NCBI GenBank assembly: GCA_028534125.1
Contig: CM052816.1
Coordinates: forward strand, 22,260,001 to 22,324,000
DNA length: 64,000 nucleotides
Reading direction: 5' to 3'
Source: Lama glama
Lineage: Eukaryota
Under the pieces are notes generated by a model, which had not been told where the DNA came from, did not search any database, and was given only the letters and a program-made list of their open reading frames with translations. A program made the translations under genes and the position numbers. Shown here piece after piece: positions 50,296 through 64,000 of this stretch (its first letter is position 1; every line of letters begins with the position of its first letter).

Positions 50296-51084
50296 TAACC
50301 AAGATCAGAATGAATGCTGTTAACTATCATGACCATCGCTTTAGTGATGGCTGAATATATCAAGGGAGACAGGCCTTGAGGATAGCATGATTTGGACTAG
50401 AGATAAAAATATACAGACAAAGCAAGGGATGTGTCCAACTGAAGAAGAAAGTCAAACTGTAACCATACACTAAACACACTTCAGGGATAAAAAAATTCTC
50501 TTGAACTGTGCTGTTATCATCCTCTGTAACACAAAAATTAACTGACTATTCAACAGTCGGTAATGCTAAGCATGCAGGAGGAGGAGTTCTCTTTTTATGG
50601 GAAGGCTTTAGGTTAATTACCAGTGGGGACAGTCAGACTCACCACTCCTTGTCAACAGAAGCCACCCATTCAGCTATCTCTGGGTTGAGCACATTCCATA
50701 TTATGCATACAGATGGCTGCAGACTCACTGTCAGTAGAAGCTGTTCCTTGAAGCTGTCTTCTCATTTGGCTTCGAGGTTTTACTCAAAAATCCACACACT
50801 CACAACTGGCCCTATCTGCAAACAAAAGCACGCAATTAGGAGGCAAAAAGCTGAAGGGAGCAATTCCTCCCTCCCTCGCAATCTGTAATTGATACGTATG
50901 AAAACTGAACTTAAACACCAGATTCACTAAGCACCATGTTCAAACTAAGCAACCTGAATTTCAAAGGTTCTAATGTGCTTATTACACAGTTACCACCCTT
51001 TTCCCATCATGTAAATTTATTGTAGTGTCCACGGTATACCAGGTGCAACTCTTACCCACAGGTAGGAAGCAACACACTTACGTC

Positions 51085-51393
51085 TGGTGGAAGCACACAA
51101 GGCTGGCCTACACAGCGTGTTAAAGGAGACCTGCCTACATTTATTAATCAGAAGATTTAACTTAAAAGTGAAAATATCTGACATCTCTTGAAAAAAAAAA
51201 AAAATAAGAAGATCTGGCAATACTGGGCCCACTTTCCCACCTGGTAACATTCTGTTGGAGCTGATCAGCAGCTAATCCTTCAGATGAGACATGGGCTTTG
51301 CAGTTCTCCACCGATGTCACCCCTCTCTTATATTAGAACCCAGCTCACGGTTGTCTGTCTGGAAACTGTTGGCATCTGAGCTTGCAAACTCTG
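51085..51393. mobile_element. MER102-like hAT-Charlie element
   Basis: gaagatctggcaatactgggcccactttcccacctgg...ggcatctgagcttgcaaactctg. Confidence 0.75.
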
Positions 51394-52224
51394 CTTTATA
51401 TTTATAATAGCTCATAGGGAACGTTTATTACTGCCAAAGCCAAGCATGTTTTTCTGCCTTGTGGATACAACATAGCATAGCAGTAACCACGTTGACTTTG
51501 GACTCAGAGGGCCGTAGGCTTGAAATCTAATTCTGCAAATAACTAGCTGTGTGACGTCAAGCCTATTTTTAACCTAAGAAATATTTCTTCATTTGCAAGT
51601 CTCCAAACAAACATATAAGCACAAACAACAGACCTAAAATCTAACATGTCTAGGCTGAATTGATGATTCCACATCCATTCCTTTCTCACAGTCCTCATCT
51701 CAGTAAATTGCACTATGATACATGTAGTTTGTGCTCAAGCCTCAAACCTCAAAGTCCTTATCATATACTCTCCCTCATTCCCTCAAAACCACCACCAAAG
51801 TGGTTGATTCTCTAGAGTATGTAATTTGAACAGATCCTTAGAATCCCATAAAAACCATTAAAAAAAACCCCCAGCAATTCCTCAGAATCAACTGCTTTTC
51901 TGAAATTACCTCCGAATTCATCTATTTAAATAATGGTAGCTTGAAATTTCAAGGTCCCACATTTATGAGGACTACTACAATTTTATGAAAAGATGAAGAC
52001 AAAATATTGGGGATGTCACATATCAAAGTAAGGCATTTCATTTTGTAAGCTTAAACATTTCTTCAAGTCTAAACTGACAATGAACTAGGATGTTATGCTT
52101 AATCTGAAAATGAAATTAAGAAAACAGAAAGATGACCAGAACTAACTAATGAGCTTATTAGGAAGGTTGCAGGATATGAAGTCAATACTCAAAAATCAAT
52201 TCTTTTGCTACAGAACAATTGTTC

Positions 52225-52663
52225 ACTTATCATACAACCCAGCCATTCTATTCCTAGGTTATTTGCCTAAGAGAAATCTAAGTGTATGCCCACAAAAGCA
52301 GCTTTACGTTTAATGGCTGAAAACTGGAAACAAACTCAACTGTCTAAAAACAATAGAATGGATACACAAAATGTTGTAAAGCCATTTAATGTTTCACTAC
52401 TTGCAGTTTTTAAAAATGACTATTATATACTCATCAACATGGATGAATCTCAAAATAATAATGCTGAGAAGCCATATCAAGAGTCCATATTGTAGAATCC
52501 ATTTATATAAAATTCTAGAATCTCTAGATAGACAGATAGAAAGCAGTTCATCTGATTGCCAGGGGTGAGTGGCCAAGAGAATAGGAAGTACCTTCAAATG
52601 GCTGAAAAGAAACTTTTGGGGGTGAAAAATATTTTCATTATGTTGAGTGTGGTGATAGTTTCA

Positions 52664-52699
<36 letters not shown>

Positions 52700-52780
52700 C
52701 TTAATATGTGCCTTTAATTTTAAGTTTAAAACAAAGTAATTCATTGCATATTAATAACTGGTACAAGGCTGATTAATATG
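52225..52780 (+). mobile_element. Old L1 3' end (L1MC/ME-like)
   Basis: acccagccattctattcctagg...aacatggatgaatctcaaaa...ccatttatataaaattctagaa. Confidence 0.75.
52667..52696 (+). repeat. (GT)15 microsatellite
   Basis: Perfect run, read directly. Confidence 0.97.
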
Positions 52781-54639
52781 AAAAGCAAAACCCCTTCAAT
52801 GCATTAAGTTTGAAAATCATGGCCACAATCTTTCTCATCACAAATTAATTCTTTCAGAAGTATTATATCTCAATGGTAGTGATCAGAAACATAATTACTG
52901 ATCACAAAGAAAACATGTGCCAAAACCATCACTCTACTAACCTAGTATAACTTGGCATGAGTAAAAAGGAAATGTGGCGGATTTCAGCACTATTCATTCA
53001 ATTATAGTCCACAAAGTACGTCAGTCTTTCATCACATTTGGAAGGAATTAGATAAAAAATATTGAGCCATTTCATTATCAACCAACAAGATATTTTAATA
53101 TGTCATCTGGCATATTGACATCCATCTGGGTGCTATAATGCACTTCAGATTCTGCTCAGAATTAATGAAGAAGACATGAAATCAGATTTAATGTAACTGT
53201 TAAATGCTGGCATGGCTTGGTGCTTTTTCTACCACATTAAATGCCACCTCTAACCCCAGCTGCTCGTTATTTATAGTGAAGAGACAGAGCAAACTGCATT
53301 ACTTTCTTAGCTGAACCTAACCATTAAATTTTAGACAGTATCATAAGAGCATACTCCCATCTCCACCCAGAGACGTCTATTTTCCAAGGTAACCAGTCTC
53401 AGTTCCATCGTACTGCTACGACAAAAGGCTGCATCTTTAAAGAAACGAGTTAACAGTACTACCTTTCAATACTTTCAGGACTGTCAGAGAGAATACTAGT
53501 TCTGCATCATCCTGAAGGGCAGAACTAGAGTGACTGAGCGGAGGCTGTGTGTTCCATGTATTAGAACATCTGAGTCATTGCTGCCTGAAGGTGGAATGTC
53601 CTGCCTTGGGATACCGATCTTCAGCGGTCGGGGTATCAGGATAGTGAATCAAAAGTTCCCACAGAACTTTAGTTTAACTGTATCACTTTTTCCAATCCTC
53701 AGATCATCTTATGAATTTACAAATAAAATCTACTCTTAAATGCCCAATCCACTGTAATTCAAAAGTCTTCAGTTTAAGCTGATCAAACTATAACAACTAA
53801 AGTCCTAAGTCTTACAGCAACATTTCTGTTTAGTTTCCACTTTTCCCCAATGGACAGTGGCTTACAATATTACGCCTTGACCCTATTAAATTACTCTGAT
53901 GTTGAATGAAAAATATGTGCTAAATATGTGTCCCATTTTCCTTGCTCATTTAACGTCAAACGCAAATCCCTTTTTCTTCCCAAAGAATATAGATCTAGCA
54001 GGAACAAATAAAGATCTGAAAGAAATCTAGTCCAATTTCCTCATTTTACAGCCTCACAAAGGTATCGAACTTTGCCCCAAATCTCATAACTGATCAGTAT
54101 AATGCCTATTAGCACTGCACTAAATCACTGTCACTTATTTCCTCTGTAAGTACACTGTAAAGAAATGTGTATAACCATTCACTTAGTTACGTGGAAAGTC
54201 ATCTGGACACTAATGTCGCAGTCAGTGGTGACACTGCTAAAGACTCAAGACACTTTGCGCTGCCTCGTGCTGTTGTTTTGCTGGTGCTGTTAACACTCCT
54301 GGACCCTAATTGTGTAGGGTGTAGTAGGGTTACAGAAATGGATACAGGAGAGGGTGTACATGTGGACAGCTGTGAATTTTTAAACAGGGGGACAGAATTT
54401 ATTTCTAACTTCTGGAGTTTCAGAATCTGGTGGAAAAGGATACATATGCTTTAATAAAAAACAGAAAAGGAGTGATGAGGTAATAAAGAGGGACTACTAG
54501 TGGGAATGCAAAATGGTGCAACCACTTTGGAAACAGTGTGGCAATATTCCTATAAAGGTATACATACACTTAGCCGGCACCCAAACCTACTCCCAAGAGG
54601 AATGAAGACCTATGTCCACACAAAGAATGCAGGCTAGAC

Positions 54640-54880
54640 GAGGCAGTACAAGACAGCAGTTAAGAAAACGGGCCCTAGAGTCACTGTCAGAGTCTGAATT
54701 CTGGCACTGCCATTAATCAGATGTGTCATCTTTTGGCAAGTTATTCACTCTGCCTCACTTTCCTGAACTGTAAAATGCAAATAATTCATAAGGCAATTGT
54801 GAGGTTTAAATTAGGTTAATACATATAAAATGCTTGAAACATGGTCTGGCACAAAGTAAGCCTTCAGAATTACGGCTATC
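54640..54880 (+). mobile_element. MIR SINE
   Basis: ggcaagttattcactctgcctcactttcctgaactgtaaaatg...gcttgaaacatggtctggcacaaagtaag. Confidence 0.8.
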
Positions 54881-55039
54881 AGAAGGGGAATAGGGTTTAT
54901 TATATAACATTATGATGGTAATTTTCTTAGCAAGTCAGAGGACATTTTAAAATACACATACACACCCACAGCAACTGCAGTACAATGTAGTGCTTAACAG
55001 TTTACTGTATTTTGTTTATGGTCAATATTAAGCCAATTC

Positions 55040-55235
55040 ATTATTTCCAATTCTGACTGCCATGGAGAACTGCTGGCAAGAAATTTTACTTTCCTAAGAT
55101 TTGGTTTCATCAACTATAAACAAAGACAATGCCACTTACCTCAGAGAATCATTGTTAAGAATGTAATAACATGTATAAAGTGTTTATATGCTTGGCACAT
55201 GGTAGCTAAAAACTGATACCATTTTATTACACTAT
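55040..55235 (+). mobile_element. MIR SINE
   Basis: ggcaagaaattttactttcctaagatttggtttcatcaactataaa...cttggcacatggtagc. Confidence 0.65.
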
Positions 55236-56059
55236 TATTTATATAAGTACGTATATATGTAATACGTATATAATGTATGGGCACATTACAACTTGAGTGA
55301 CCATTCATCCAGTCTGTATCTGCTTTTGATCATCCCAGTTTACATAGGTTCACAATGAAATTACCAACAGCCATTCCTCTTCTATCTCAGTATGTTCCAG
55401 TTCAGATAATACATTATATGGTCACCCTAATACATACCTAAAATACTTTCAAGATTTTCCCTCTATTTAGTTCTTCATCCTCTTGAATTTTCTCTTATTC
55501 CCTTTTTACTGACATTACCTCTTTGCTATCCAACTCACCATCCCCCTTTCCAAATACACAATCTCTGGCTGCTTTCCAGGTGATGGGTGACCTCAGTGCT
55601 TCAAGTCCAGGCTCCTCTGTGGTCTCATATGCCTCAACAATGCCATACTTCCAAAACCTAACCTTTCTGAAATTCCTATCTGTCCCTCCAATCTCAACTC
55701 CAGAATAAAACCTAGTGACCTAAAACACCGCCACCAACAATGGATTAAAGTTTTAGCTCTCTTGAGAGATAGCTACATGTTAATAGGTGACTCCTAGAGA
55801 GACAACACCTTAATCCAAAGTAGACGATCTTTAGTAACATCAATGTCAGATACTACAAAGGCTGAGGAGGAGAGATCATTTGAGGACCATTTCCTCTCCA
55901 CAAACCAAACAACTGGGTTTCTACTAAATAAATATACCATAACAGCCTTGATTTCCTTCTTTTTTGCTGGTTCCCAAATAATCCAGTCGAAAACACCAAA
56001 GGCTCTTAGCTCAAGTATCAGATAACAGTTCCTAAAGGGCTTTGTCCTGTGCACTCCCT

Positions 56060-56880
56060 CTTTCACTCTACAAATCTCCCCTGGGTTGCTGTGATCACTC
56101 CCCCGAGTTCAATGTGCATACCGATGGAAGTCCTACCTCCAGCCCAAAGCTCTCCAGCCTAGGTGCCTTTCAGTTTAACGTCACATACCCAACTGCTTAT
56201 CTGCTCCTTTCCCACTCAACTTATTTTCATTAAACTTTCTCACCTAACCAGTTTCCCCAAACCAAAAACAAGGGCATTATCCTTGCCTCCTACCTTTCAT
56301 TCTCTTTCCCCACTGCCAAGTAACAATCAGATTCTCTCAACTGTTCTTCCAATCTGTTTCTTCCCAACCTTAGAGCCACTAGTGAAGGTCTGGGCACCAG
56401 CATGTCTAAAAAATACCAAAAGAGTTGCTTACTAATCTCCTGGTTGTTAATCTCAGTACCTCCAATTCATTCCCACTTAGGGTAGAATGATCCTTCTAAA
56501 ATCAAGGTCTGATCATGTTTTTTCCCCCTACCTTAAAACTCCATTTAGTGACTCACTGTTATTCTCAGGAAACAGTCAGTTCTGTATTATGACTCACAAG
56601 GACCTTTATGGTTTGGTCCCCACTTTTCTCTTCAATCTCATTTACTGCCTCTTCCACTCATAACTGTGCATATAACCGTTCTCCATTTCTTTGTGTTCCT
56701 CAAACCCATTACCCACACTCTCTCTCTTGTTACCAGGGCATCACACTTGCTGTTCACGTCAGCCGTGCATACTCTTCTGAACTTGACATGGCCATCGCTT
56801 CCTTCAGGAAGCCTTCCCCAACCCTCCAAATCTACCTTCAGGCACTCTTTTGATGTATCGTGTGCCTTCCCTTCAGGGCA
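56060..56880 (+). mobile_element. L2 LINE remnant
   Basis: tacctccagcccaaagctctcc...atccttctaaaatcaaggtctgatcatg...ccttcaggaagccttcccc. Confidence 0.7.
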
Positions 56881-56944
56881 CTTATAATGCAGAGGCTGCA
56901 TCTCCAAACCATGGGGGGAACTTATGTCCAGAATTTCAGATATA

Positions 56945-57390
56945 GAAGTTCATGGATATGGCATCCTGTTTTGGGTGCCATATTTTAAGAGACACTAATA
57001 AACTAGAATGTATCCAGAGAAGAGAAAGCAGGATGGTGAGAAGTCTGAAAATCATGTCATATAAGCAAGAGGTAAGGAAACTAGAGAGATTTAGCCTAGC
57101 AAAAAGCACAGGAGGAAGATATGACAAACTTCAAATAAGTGTAGGCCTTAGCATACAGCATGTGAAAGAGGAAACAGATTTATCGTGGGTTGTCACAGGA
57201 GGGTGGTTCGAAAATCATTATGGAGACGTTTTAGAAAAGCACCCCCTAAAAGATATTGGGTTGTCTAGAAAAGTAGGGAATTCATAGTCACTAGAGGTTT
57301 TTAGATGCAGGACACTAAAAAGATTCCTATGTTTGGGAGAAGGTCCTACTAGACAATATTTACAGTCCAAATCAATCCTCAAGATTCTAA
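56945..57390 (+). mobile_element. CR1/L3 LINE 3' end
   Basis: ORF 56952-57287 reads DTNKLECIQRRESRMVRSLKIMSYKQEVRKLERFSL, resembling the CR1 ORF2 C-terminus (KLERVQRRATRM..GLE.MSYEERL.EL..FSL); tail caagattcta. Confidence 0.85.
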
Positions 57391-58415
57391 GACACCTAAA
57401 TTTATAAAACATTTTAAACATGATTAGGTAGCAGCTGAATTAAAGCACAGTCCCCTAATTAAAAAAAAATCAAAAAACAAAACAAAAAAACTACCCTAGG
57501 AAGAAGCATAACTTCCCAACATGTGAGATTTAACTGCCTGTTTCACAAAGAAATCTGAGGAATTCCTAATTATAAAAATAGCTGAATACATTATTTTTCT
57601 ATATTAATGAACTTTTTAAAGAAAAACTGAGACATTTTTGATAAGACTGAAAGAAGGGAGTGTCTCCTACTTTATTTGACTCTGTGTGAAAAACCAAAAA
57701 GACACCTAAATGTCAGTCAGTCAGTTTATTCGGATAGAATGCTTATTTCTCAAAGGGAAAAACGGTATCAAAAAGGCATATTTAGTATATAATAACTTTT
57801 AAAAAGACTTTGGAGACATATTAATTAGGTTTATGATTTATACATGAGGAAAAGGGAAAGGCAGGAAAGAATTTTTAAAGGTTTCTGAATGTTTCACAGA
57901 ATTGTGAAGAAGGCCACAGGTACAAGAAAAACTACTGCGGAAAATGGGGTGAAAGGAGACTGTGTCCTCTCTGCTGTACCTTGAGGTTGAACTGATATGG
58001 AAAGGAAGCCATTTTTGCATGAATGAGAACACAAAATGCAAAAAGAGAATAGACAGTATTTATTCTCATGGTATATGACTTTAAAAAGCACATAAAATGT
58101 CTACATCAGTAACTCACTGTCATCTTTAACTCACCAATACTTACAATCTCCATACTTTCATTTTACAACACTTAGAGGAAAAAAATTCTATTGTCATTAA
58201 AACATCACATTTAATAGATACGTTGCACTTTTAAATTTGATTTTATTCAGGGAGATGGGATGGTCTTCTCTCCCCATAAGAAAAACTTTTATAATAAGAG
58301 TCTTTAAAAATAAACTAAACTTGTAAAACATTATTTCCCTTTCTATACAACTTTCTAAAACAACTCTACATATATGAAAGGCTATAACAGGGAAGCAACT
58401 AAGACTGGAAAGCCC

Positions 58416-58864
58416 ATTATAGGTGGAATTGTGCCCCATTCTCCCTCCTATCACAAAAAAGAGGTATGATGAGGTCCTAACCCACAGGACCCCTGAATGT
58501 GACCTTATTTGGAAGTAGGGTTGTTGCAGACATAATTAGTTAAAATAAGGTCATACTGCAAGACGGTGGGCCCCTAAATCAAACATGATGAATGTCCTTA
58601 TAAGAAACTGGCCATGAGAAGAAGACACAAACAGGGAGAAAACCACATGATGACAAGTCAGAGATTGGAATTACGCAGCTACAAGCCTAGGAATGCCAAG
58701 GATTGCCATCAAACCACCAGAAGCTGGGGAGAGGCAAGAAAAAATTCCCCCGCAGGGGTAACATGGCCCTCCTACACCTTGATTATGGACTGCAAGCCTC
58801 CAGAACTGTGAGACAGCTTTCTGTTCATAGGGCTTCACTGTGGAAGCCTGAGGAAATGAATACA
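58416..58864 (+). mobile_element. MaLR solo LTR (MLT1B/C-like)
   Basis: gaatgtgaccttatttggaagtagggttgttgcagacataattagttaa...gcctccagaactgtgagac...ggaaatgaataca. Confidence 0.9.
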
Positions 58865-61600
58865 GCTTCATTTGATTAGAAGAGTGAAAACAGTCAGACA
58901 ACTCTAAATGTTACAATCATGATCACTGCAACCCAACATCTAATCAAAAGAGGATTTGGGCCTTGCTTGGGAGTAGTCACTGTTAACAAAATCTCCAGCT
59001 CATCAGAAGTGAGCCCATGTCGCTGTTAATTATCCCACTTATTCACTATTTAGGCTAGATGGCTATGCAGGCCACTAGGTTTTTTATACATTTTTTTCCA
59101 TCATTTTTTTATTGGACAATCTTAATGTTCTTACTTTACATTTCATTTACTAATTGTGACTAGGTAGCACACCTACACAGTAAAATGGGATATAAAGTAT
59201 TTCACCCTCACTCTTGTCCACAAATCACCGTGTTCTTCAATCCCAAAACAACCATTACTAATAGTTTTTTGTATCTTTACACTGTGATTCCATGCATCTA
59301 GAAAAAAATTATTTATCATACATGTGATGGACATCAATGTTAGCATATTCTGTGTATCACACCACACCTTGTTTTTGCCACTTCATGTAGCTTGCGAGAT
59401 CACTTTGCGTGTGCAGGACAGGTTATTTGCTCTACTGCATTCTACCATGCAGGTGCACCATAATACGTTTAACTAATCTCACAGAGATGGATGTGTAGGT
59501 TGCCGCCAATATTTGTCTTTATCACAAATGATTGCTCCCATGTTTATTTTTCCTGACAGCACTTTAATTTTTCTGGCATCCTGCATATACACACGCATAT
59601 ATGTATATTACTCATTTATGGCTTGTCTTTACCAACCAGGGTCTTATGAAGACATGTATTTTTGTTTTAGTTTGTAGCAGAACACCTGATTGTCTGGCAC
59701 ACAGCTAGAGCAACAAGTATTTATTGAATAAATGAATGTTTGTACTTAATCCCACAAAAGAAAACCATATATGACAGCTAAAAAGTACAAGAGAACTTTC
59801 CTTCAAAGTAAGTCATAATTCCCAAACTGATCAGAAATGTGTCCATCATGTATTAATTTTCTATATTGTGTCAAATTAAATCGTTACATTTTAGTTTGAT
59901 CTAGATTTGATACACCCTGTGAACCACGGAGCATCTCAATTTAATTTAGCCCATTTGACTGGTCCTTCATAATATTAACCCAAACAGTAGATACTTAATT
60001 GGACCTCGGCATCCTCATACGTAGCGGCCCTCCTACACTGACAATATCATTAACATGCAATTTCTTCTACCAGCTGTGCTTTTCCAGTCACTAGAAGAGT
60101 GACTCAGTGTGGTAGTATTTCTGGTAAATGCAGAAGGAGCTGAAATCTCAACCTATCCTGCGAAAGTCAACCCTTGTTTAACTTGTCCCAATTGCCTTCA
60201 TTAGGAATTAAGACAGGATAAATCGTGTCATTCTCTTTGAGGAGAAGCCAGTCTGCATTTCAATCAGGACCTGGCACACTAGGGCCTAAAAGTAAAAATG
60301 CTCACTGACAAACTGTTCTTCGGGGATGGAAAAGACGGAACACTTTAAAGAAAAATAAGCACAAAAGGAAAATAAGTTTTACATTTTTAGATTATTAAAA
60401 TCTGCCAAGTCTGCAACTTGTACTACAAAAATATCTCTACGTGTTCAGCTGTTCAACATTCAAATTAGTAAGTATACATATATTATTATTCAGTATAAAG
60501 GCTGCCATTTTAAAGAAGCTTAGTAATCAACAGTTTATTCCAAGAGAACACTACAGACTGGCTCCCTGACAACTTTAATTCCACCCACTTCTGCACAATT
60601 ACAACCAACCATGTTTGTGACCAAGAGCCAAATAACCCCTAAACTTAGCAAAGAAATCATTAGAAAGGCTCATGTTTATAAAAACAACAACACTTTGAAG
60701 GGTTCTTTGTGCTTAAGAGTAGAAGGGAAAATGGTACATAAAACTGTAGGGTATCTCAGATGTAAACGGCAATCCTGATCTTATGTGTATTCTGAAAAAA
60801 ATAAGAATTCATATTTTTTAAAAAGTTACATTCATATAACAATAATTTGGAGTCTTTTTTTTTTAAATGAAAAAAGGAACATGCCAGACTGCTTGTGAAG
60901 GCGTTTCCCACTCTCAGAGAGATTTTATATCGATTCATGTTTCCTTCTAGTATTTTTAAGGTTTGCTTTTTTAAACACAACTCTGGAAAATCAAGAATTT
61001 ATCTTGGCATCAAGTGTCAAGTAGAGGTCTAGTTTACTTTTTTTTTTCCCTGATTTTTGTGTTTTGGCAATTACTTCTATGAGGTTCTGATAACTATGTT
61101 CACTGGTCCATGGTCTACTGTAAAATCCACTCTGTTTCATCATTAAAGGTCAGTTAAACAATCTGTCAAAGCTTTCAAGGAAAAATTAAAAGGTAAATGA
61201 GATAATTTACTTAAAAGGAAAAGTGCACAATACCAATTAAACCAGGAGAAAAATTATTCCCCTAATTCAAAGGTTTTCAACCCAGTGTAAGGTACAATGG
61301 TCTGGACAGTTTTAAGGAAATTAATTTCCAGATCTCCACCTGCCTTCTGTACCCTTTTCTAAAACTGATGCCCATCACTCATTCTCCTTTTCTACCTTCC
61401 CGTTCACAATAGCTCTTCTGTATTATAGAAGAAAGTCATATTTGTTACTAATCTCAAAGCTTAATAAGGTACTTTGCTTCAAGAAATCTCCAGTGCTAAC
61501 AGAAGGGATAGCACTGGATAACCAAAGGGAGAATGAGGAAGAGTCAGTCTCATGTGAGCAAAGCAAGAAATACTGAAACTCATGGCTGGACTTCTTATCT

Positions 61601-61620
61601 AATCAATCAATCAATCAATC
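61601..61620 (+). repeat. (AATC)5 microsatellite
   Basis: Read directly. Confidence 0.9.
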
Positions 61621-62417
61621 GTTAGAATTCAGAAATGAAAATAGTTTTCCAGTGGTTATTCAATGCAGGTGTTGCCATGTTTATTACAATGAGAAAAGAC
61701 AGATCATTTCTAACAAGAAAACATACCCAATTTGACTGGTTTGACAATGAACCTAAGTTATAGCAACATTTTCACTGAAGTGAGTAAGCAAGAACCGAAA
61801 GGCTCAAGGCTTTTGGCAAGTAGTGTGTGTTTCTTGCAAGGAACTGACACATACAGCACTGTTTATTAAATTTAAAATATTCATTGCCTATATTTATCCT
61901 CCCTCTCTGCATTTTAGAAGTAAAATGCACAAGAATTAGTTATTTCATACTATAATTATGAACTAAAAATCTGAGGTAAATATGAAGAATTAAAAGTTCT
62001 GCAGCAGTAGTCTGAAATGTTATTTATAACATGATAATTATTGGATCAACATAAAACGATACTATTCCTAACACTGAATGATCCTGTTTTTCTTGGCTGA
62101 TTAAATTTATATCAGTGACATACATAGCTATAGCAATGGTCATTTTTTCAAGTGTTTCTTTTACCTTGATAATAAAAGAAATACATTTTGGTGCGAAAAG
62201 CATGGAAAATATAGAACTGTTTTAAAAATCTGATAGTCACCACCCCCCCAAACTACATACACTGAGTAACAGTTGTATACGTACAACCTTGTATCCTACT
62301 TTAGCACTCTGACAATCATTCAACCATTTCTCTTTACTGAAAATTTAAGTAATTTTCAATTTTTCTTCAATATAAATAATGCTTTACTGAATATTTTTTG
62401 ATAGAAAGTTTTTTTTA

Positions 62418-63135
62418 AGGATAAATGAAATATGGTCGATCCATGCAATGAGATACTATTTAGCCATGAAAAGGAATGAGTACTCACACATACTAAAACA
62501 TGGTTGAACCCTGAAAAATACACACTAAATGAAAGAAGCCAGTTACAAAAGGCCTACTCGTGGAAGTGTAAAGTGGTACAGCCACTTTGAGAAACAGTTT
62601 AGCAGTACCCGAAAATGTTAAACATCAGGTTACCATGTGACCCAGTAATTCTACTTCTAAGCACACATATAAGGTAAAACATGCATTCACACACAGTTGT
62701 ACATGAATGTTCACAGCACCATTACTCATAATAGACAAAATGTGGAAACAACCCAAATATCCATTAAATGATGGATGAACAAAATGTGGTATATCCACAC
62801 AAATGAAGAACATTCAGCTGTAACAGAATGAAATGCTGATAAATGCCAAAACAGAGATGAACCATAAGATAATATGCTTAGTGAAAAAAGCCACACACAA
62901 AAGGCCATATATTGTATAATCTCATTTATATAAAAACGTCCAAATGAGGCAAATCCAGAAAGACAGAAAGTAGATTAGTAATTGCCAGGGACTGGGAGGA
63001 AGGGAAGAATGGGCAATGGCAGCTAATTTCTTTCCGCAGTGATGAAAATATTCTAAAATTAGGTACTGGTGATGCCTGCAGAAAACTGATGTATATGCTT
63101 TAAAAAGATGAATTACAACATGTGAGTTACAATTC
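62418..63135 (+). mobile_element. Two L1MB-like 3' fragments; the tail resumes after the LTR at about 63891-63910
   Basis: ggataaatgaaatatggtc..., aagtggtacagccactttg...gtagattagtaattgccaggg; resumes ataaagctgttatttaaaaa. Confidence 0.8.
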
Positions 63136-63890
63136 TGACACCAATTCTGATGTGCAGAACACAACCAACACCAAATAATTCTCCAACACCAGCTGGGTGT
63201 CTTATAATTCAACTCAATTTTGACAATATCTACTTAGAAATAGCATTACATTCCGTAAGTTAAGGGCTCAGTCCTATGAGACTGCTCCCCACCCCTTCAG
63301 AAGCCAATTCATATGTCCAGGTTGTCACCTGTGCTTCTGAGGTTCCCATGACACCCTTCTCAGGTTTCATTAAATTGATAGACCAACCCACAAAATTCCG
63401 AGAAACATTTCACTTACTAGATTACCGGTTTTGTAAAGGGATATAATTCAGGTACAATCACGTGGAAGAGATATATAGGACAAGTAATGGGGAAAGGGGC
63501 ACAGGATTTCCAAGCCCTCTGAGGGCTCCACTCTCCCAGTACCTCCACATAGGCACTAACCCAGGGGCTCTCCAAACCTCATCCTTTCAGGTTTTTATAG
63601 AGGCTTCATTACATAGGAATGACTCATTAAATCATTGGCCATTGGTGATTCGGCCTCCAGGTCCTCCCTCCTCTCAGGGTCAGAGGGGTGTGACTGAAAT
63701 TTCCAACCTTCAAATGACTGGTTGGTTTCCCTGGCAACCAGTCACCCTTAAGTGTGGTCCAAAGTCACCTCATTAACATAACAAAAGACACCTTATCACT
63801 TAGGAAATCCCAAGGGTTTTTAGCAGCTCTGTGCCAGAAACAGGGACTAAGACCAAATATACATTTCTTATTATAAATCATAATATCTCA
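63136..63890 (-). mobile_element. MER21-like solo LTR
   Basis: Minus strand starts tgagatattatgatttataataagaaatgtatatttggtc...cacagagctgctaaaaacccttgg and ends gaattggtgtca (TG...CA). Confidence 0.85.
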
Positions 63891-64000
63891 ATAAAGCTGT
63901 TATTTAAAAAATAATATTCTCAAAAAGGGGGAGAGAAGGGTTATTTCCTTACAGGGTACTCTTAGAGGCAGAAATACTACTCTTTGATATATGCCGAAAC

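Noticed and set aside
1..64000. CRISPR array, operon or other prokaryotic or novel multi-gene system
   Set aside because: The window is mammalian intron with no regular repeat-spacer array and no long non-transposon ORFs.

Overview
Mammalian intronic DNA, most likely camelid (four Vic-1-like tRNA-Ala-derived SINEs), in four contigs separated by exact 500-N gaps (13985-14484, 30785-31284, 47982-48481). The only host gene recognised is CDC42SE2 (SPEC2). Its first coding exon (MSEFWLCFNCCIAEQPQP, 45626-45679) and its CRIB exon ([34 protein letters not shown], 11704-11805) are both on + but in the wrong order; the last coding exon was not found. Split L1 elements and a 10-bp target-site duplication indicate that contig order is right but contigs 1 and 3 are flipped relative to contigs 2 and 4. 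The rest is transposon-rich intron (L1, L2, CR1/L3, MIR, MaLR/ERVL LTRs, Tigger, Charlie). I found no convincing novel biological system. The best leads are a chimeric retro-insertion, an ORF0-like antisense arrangement in a young intronic L1, an unexplained 1-kb block inside an old L1, a candidate immune enhancer and candidate poison exons. Repeat subfamily names come from remembered consensus sequences, not a search, and repeat boundaries are approximate.
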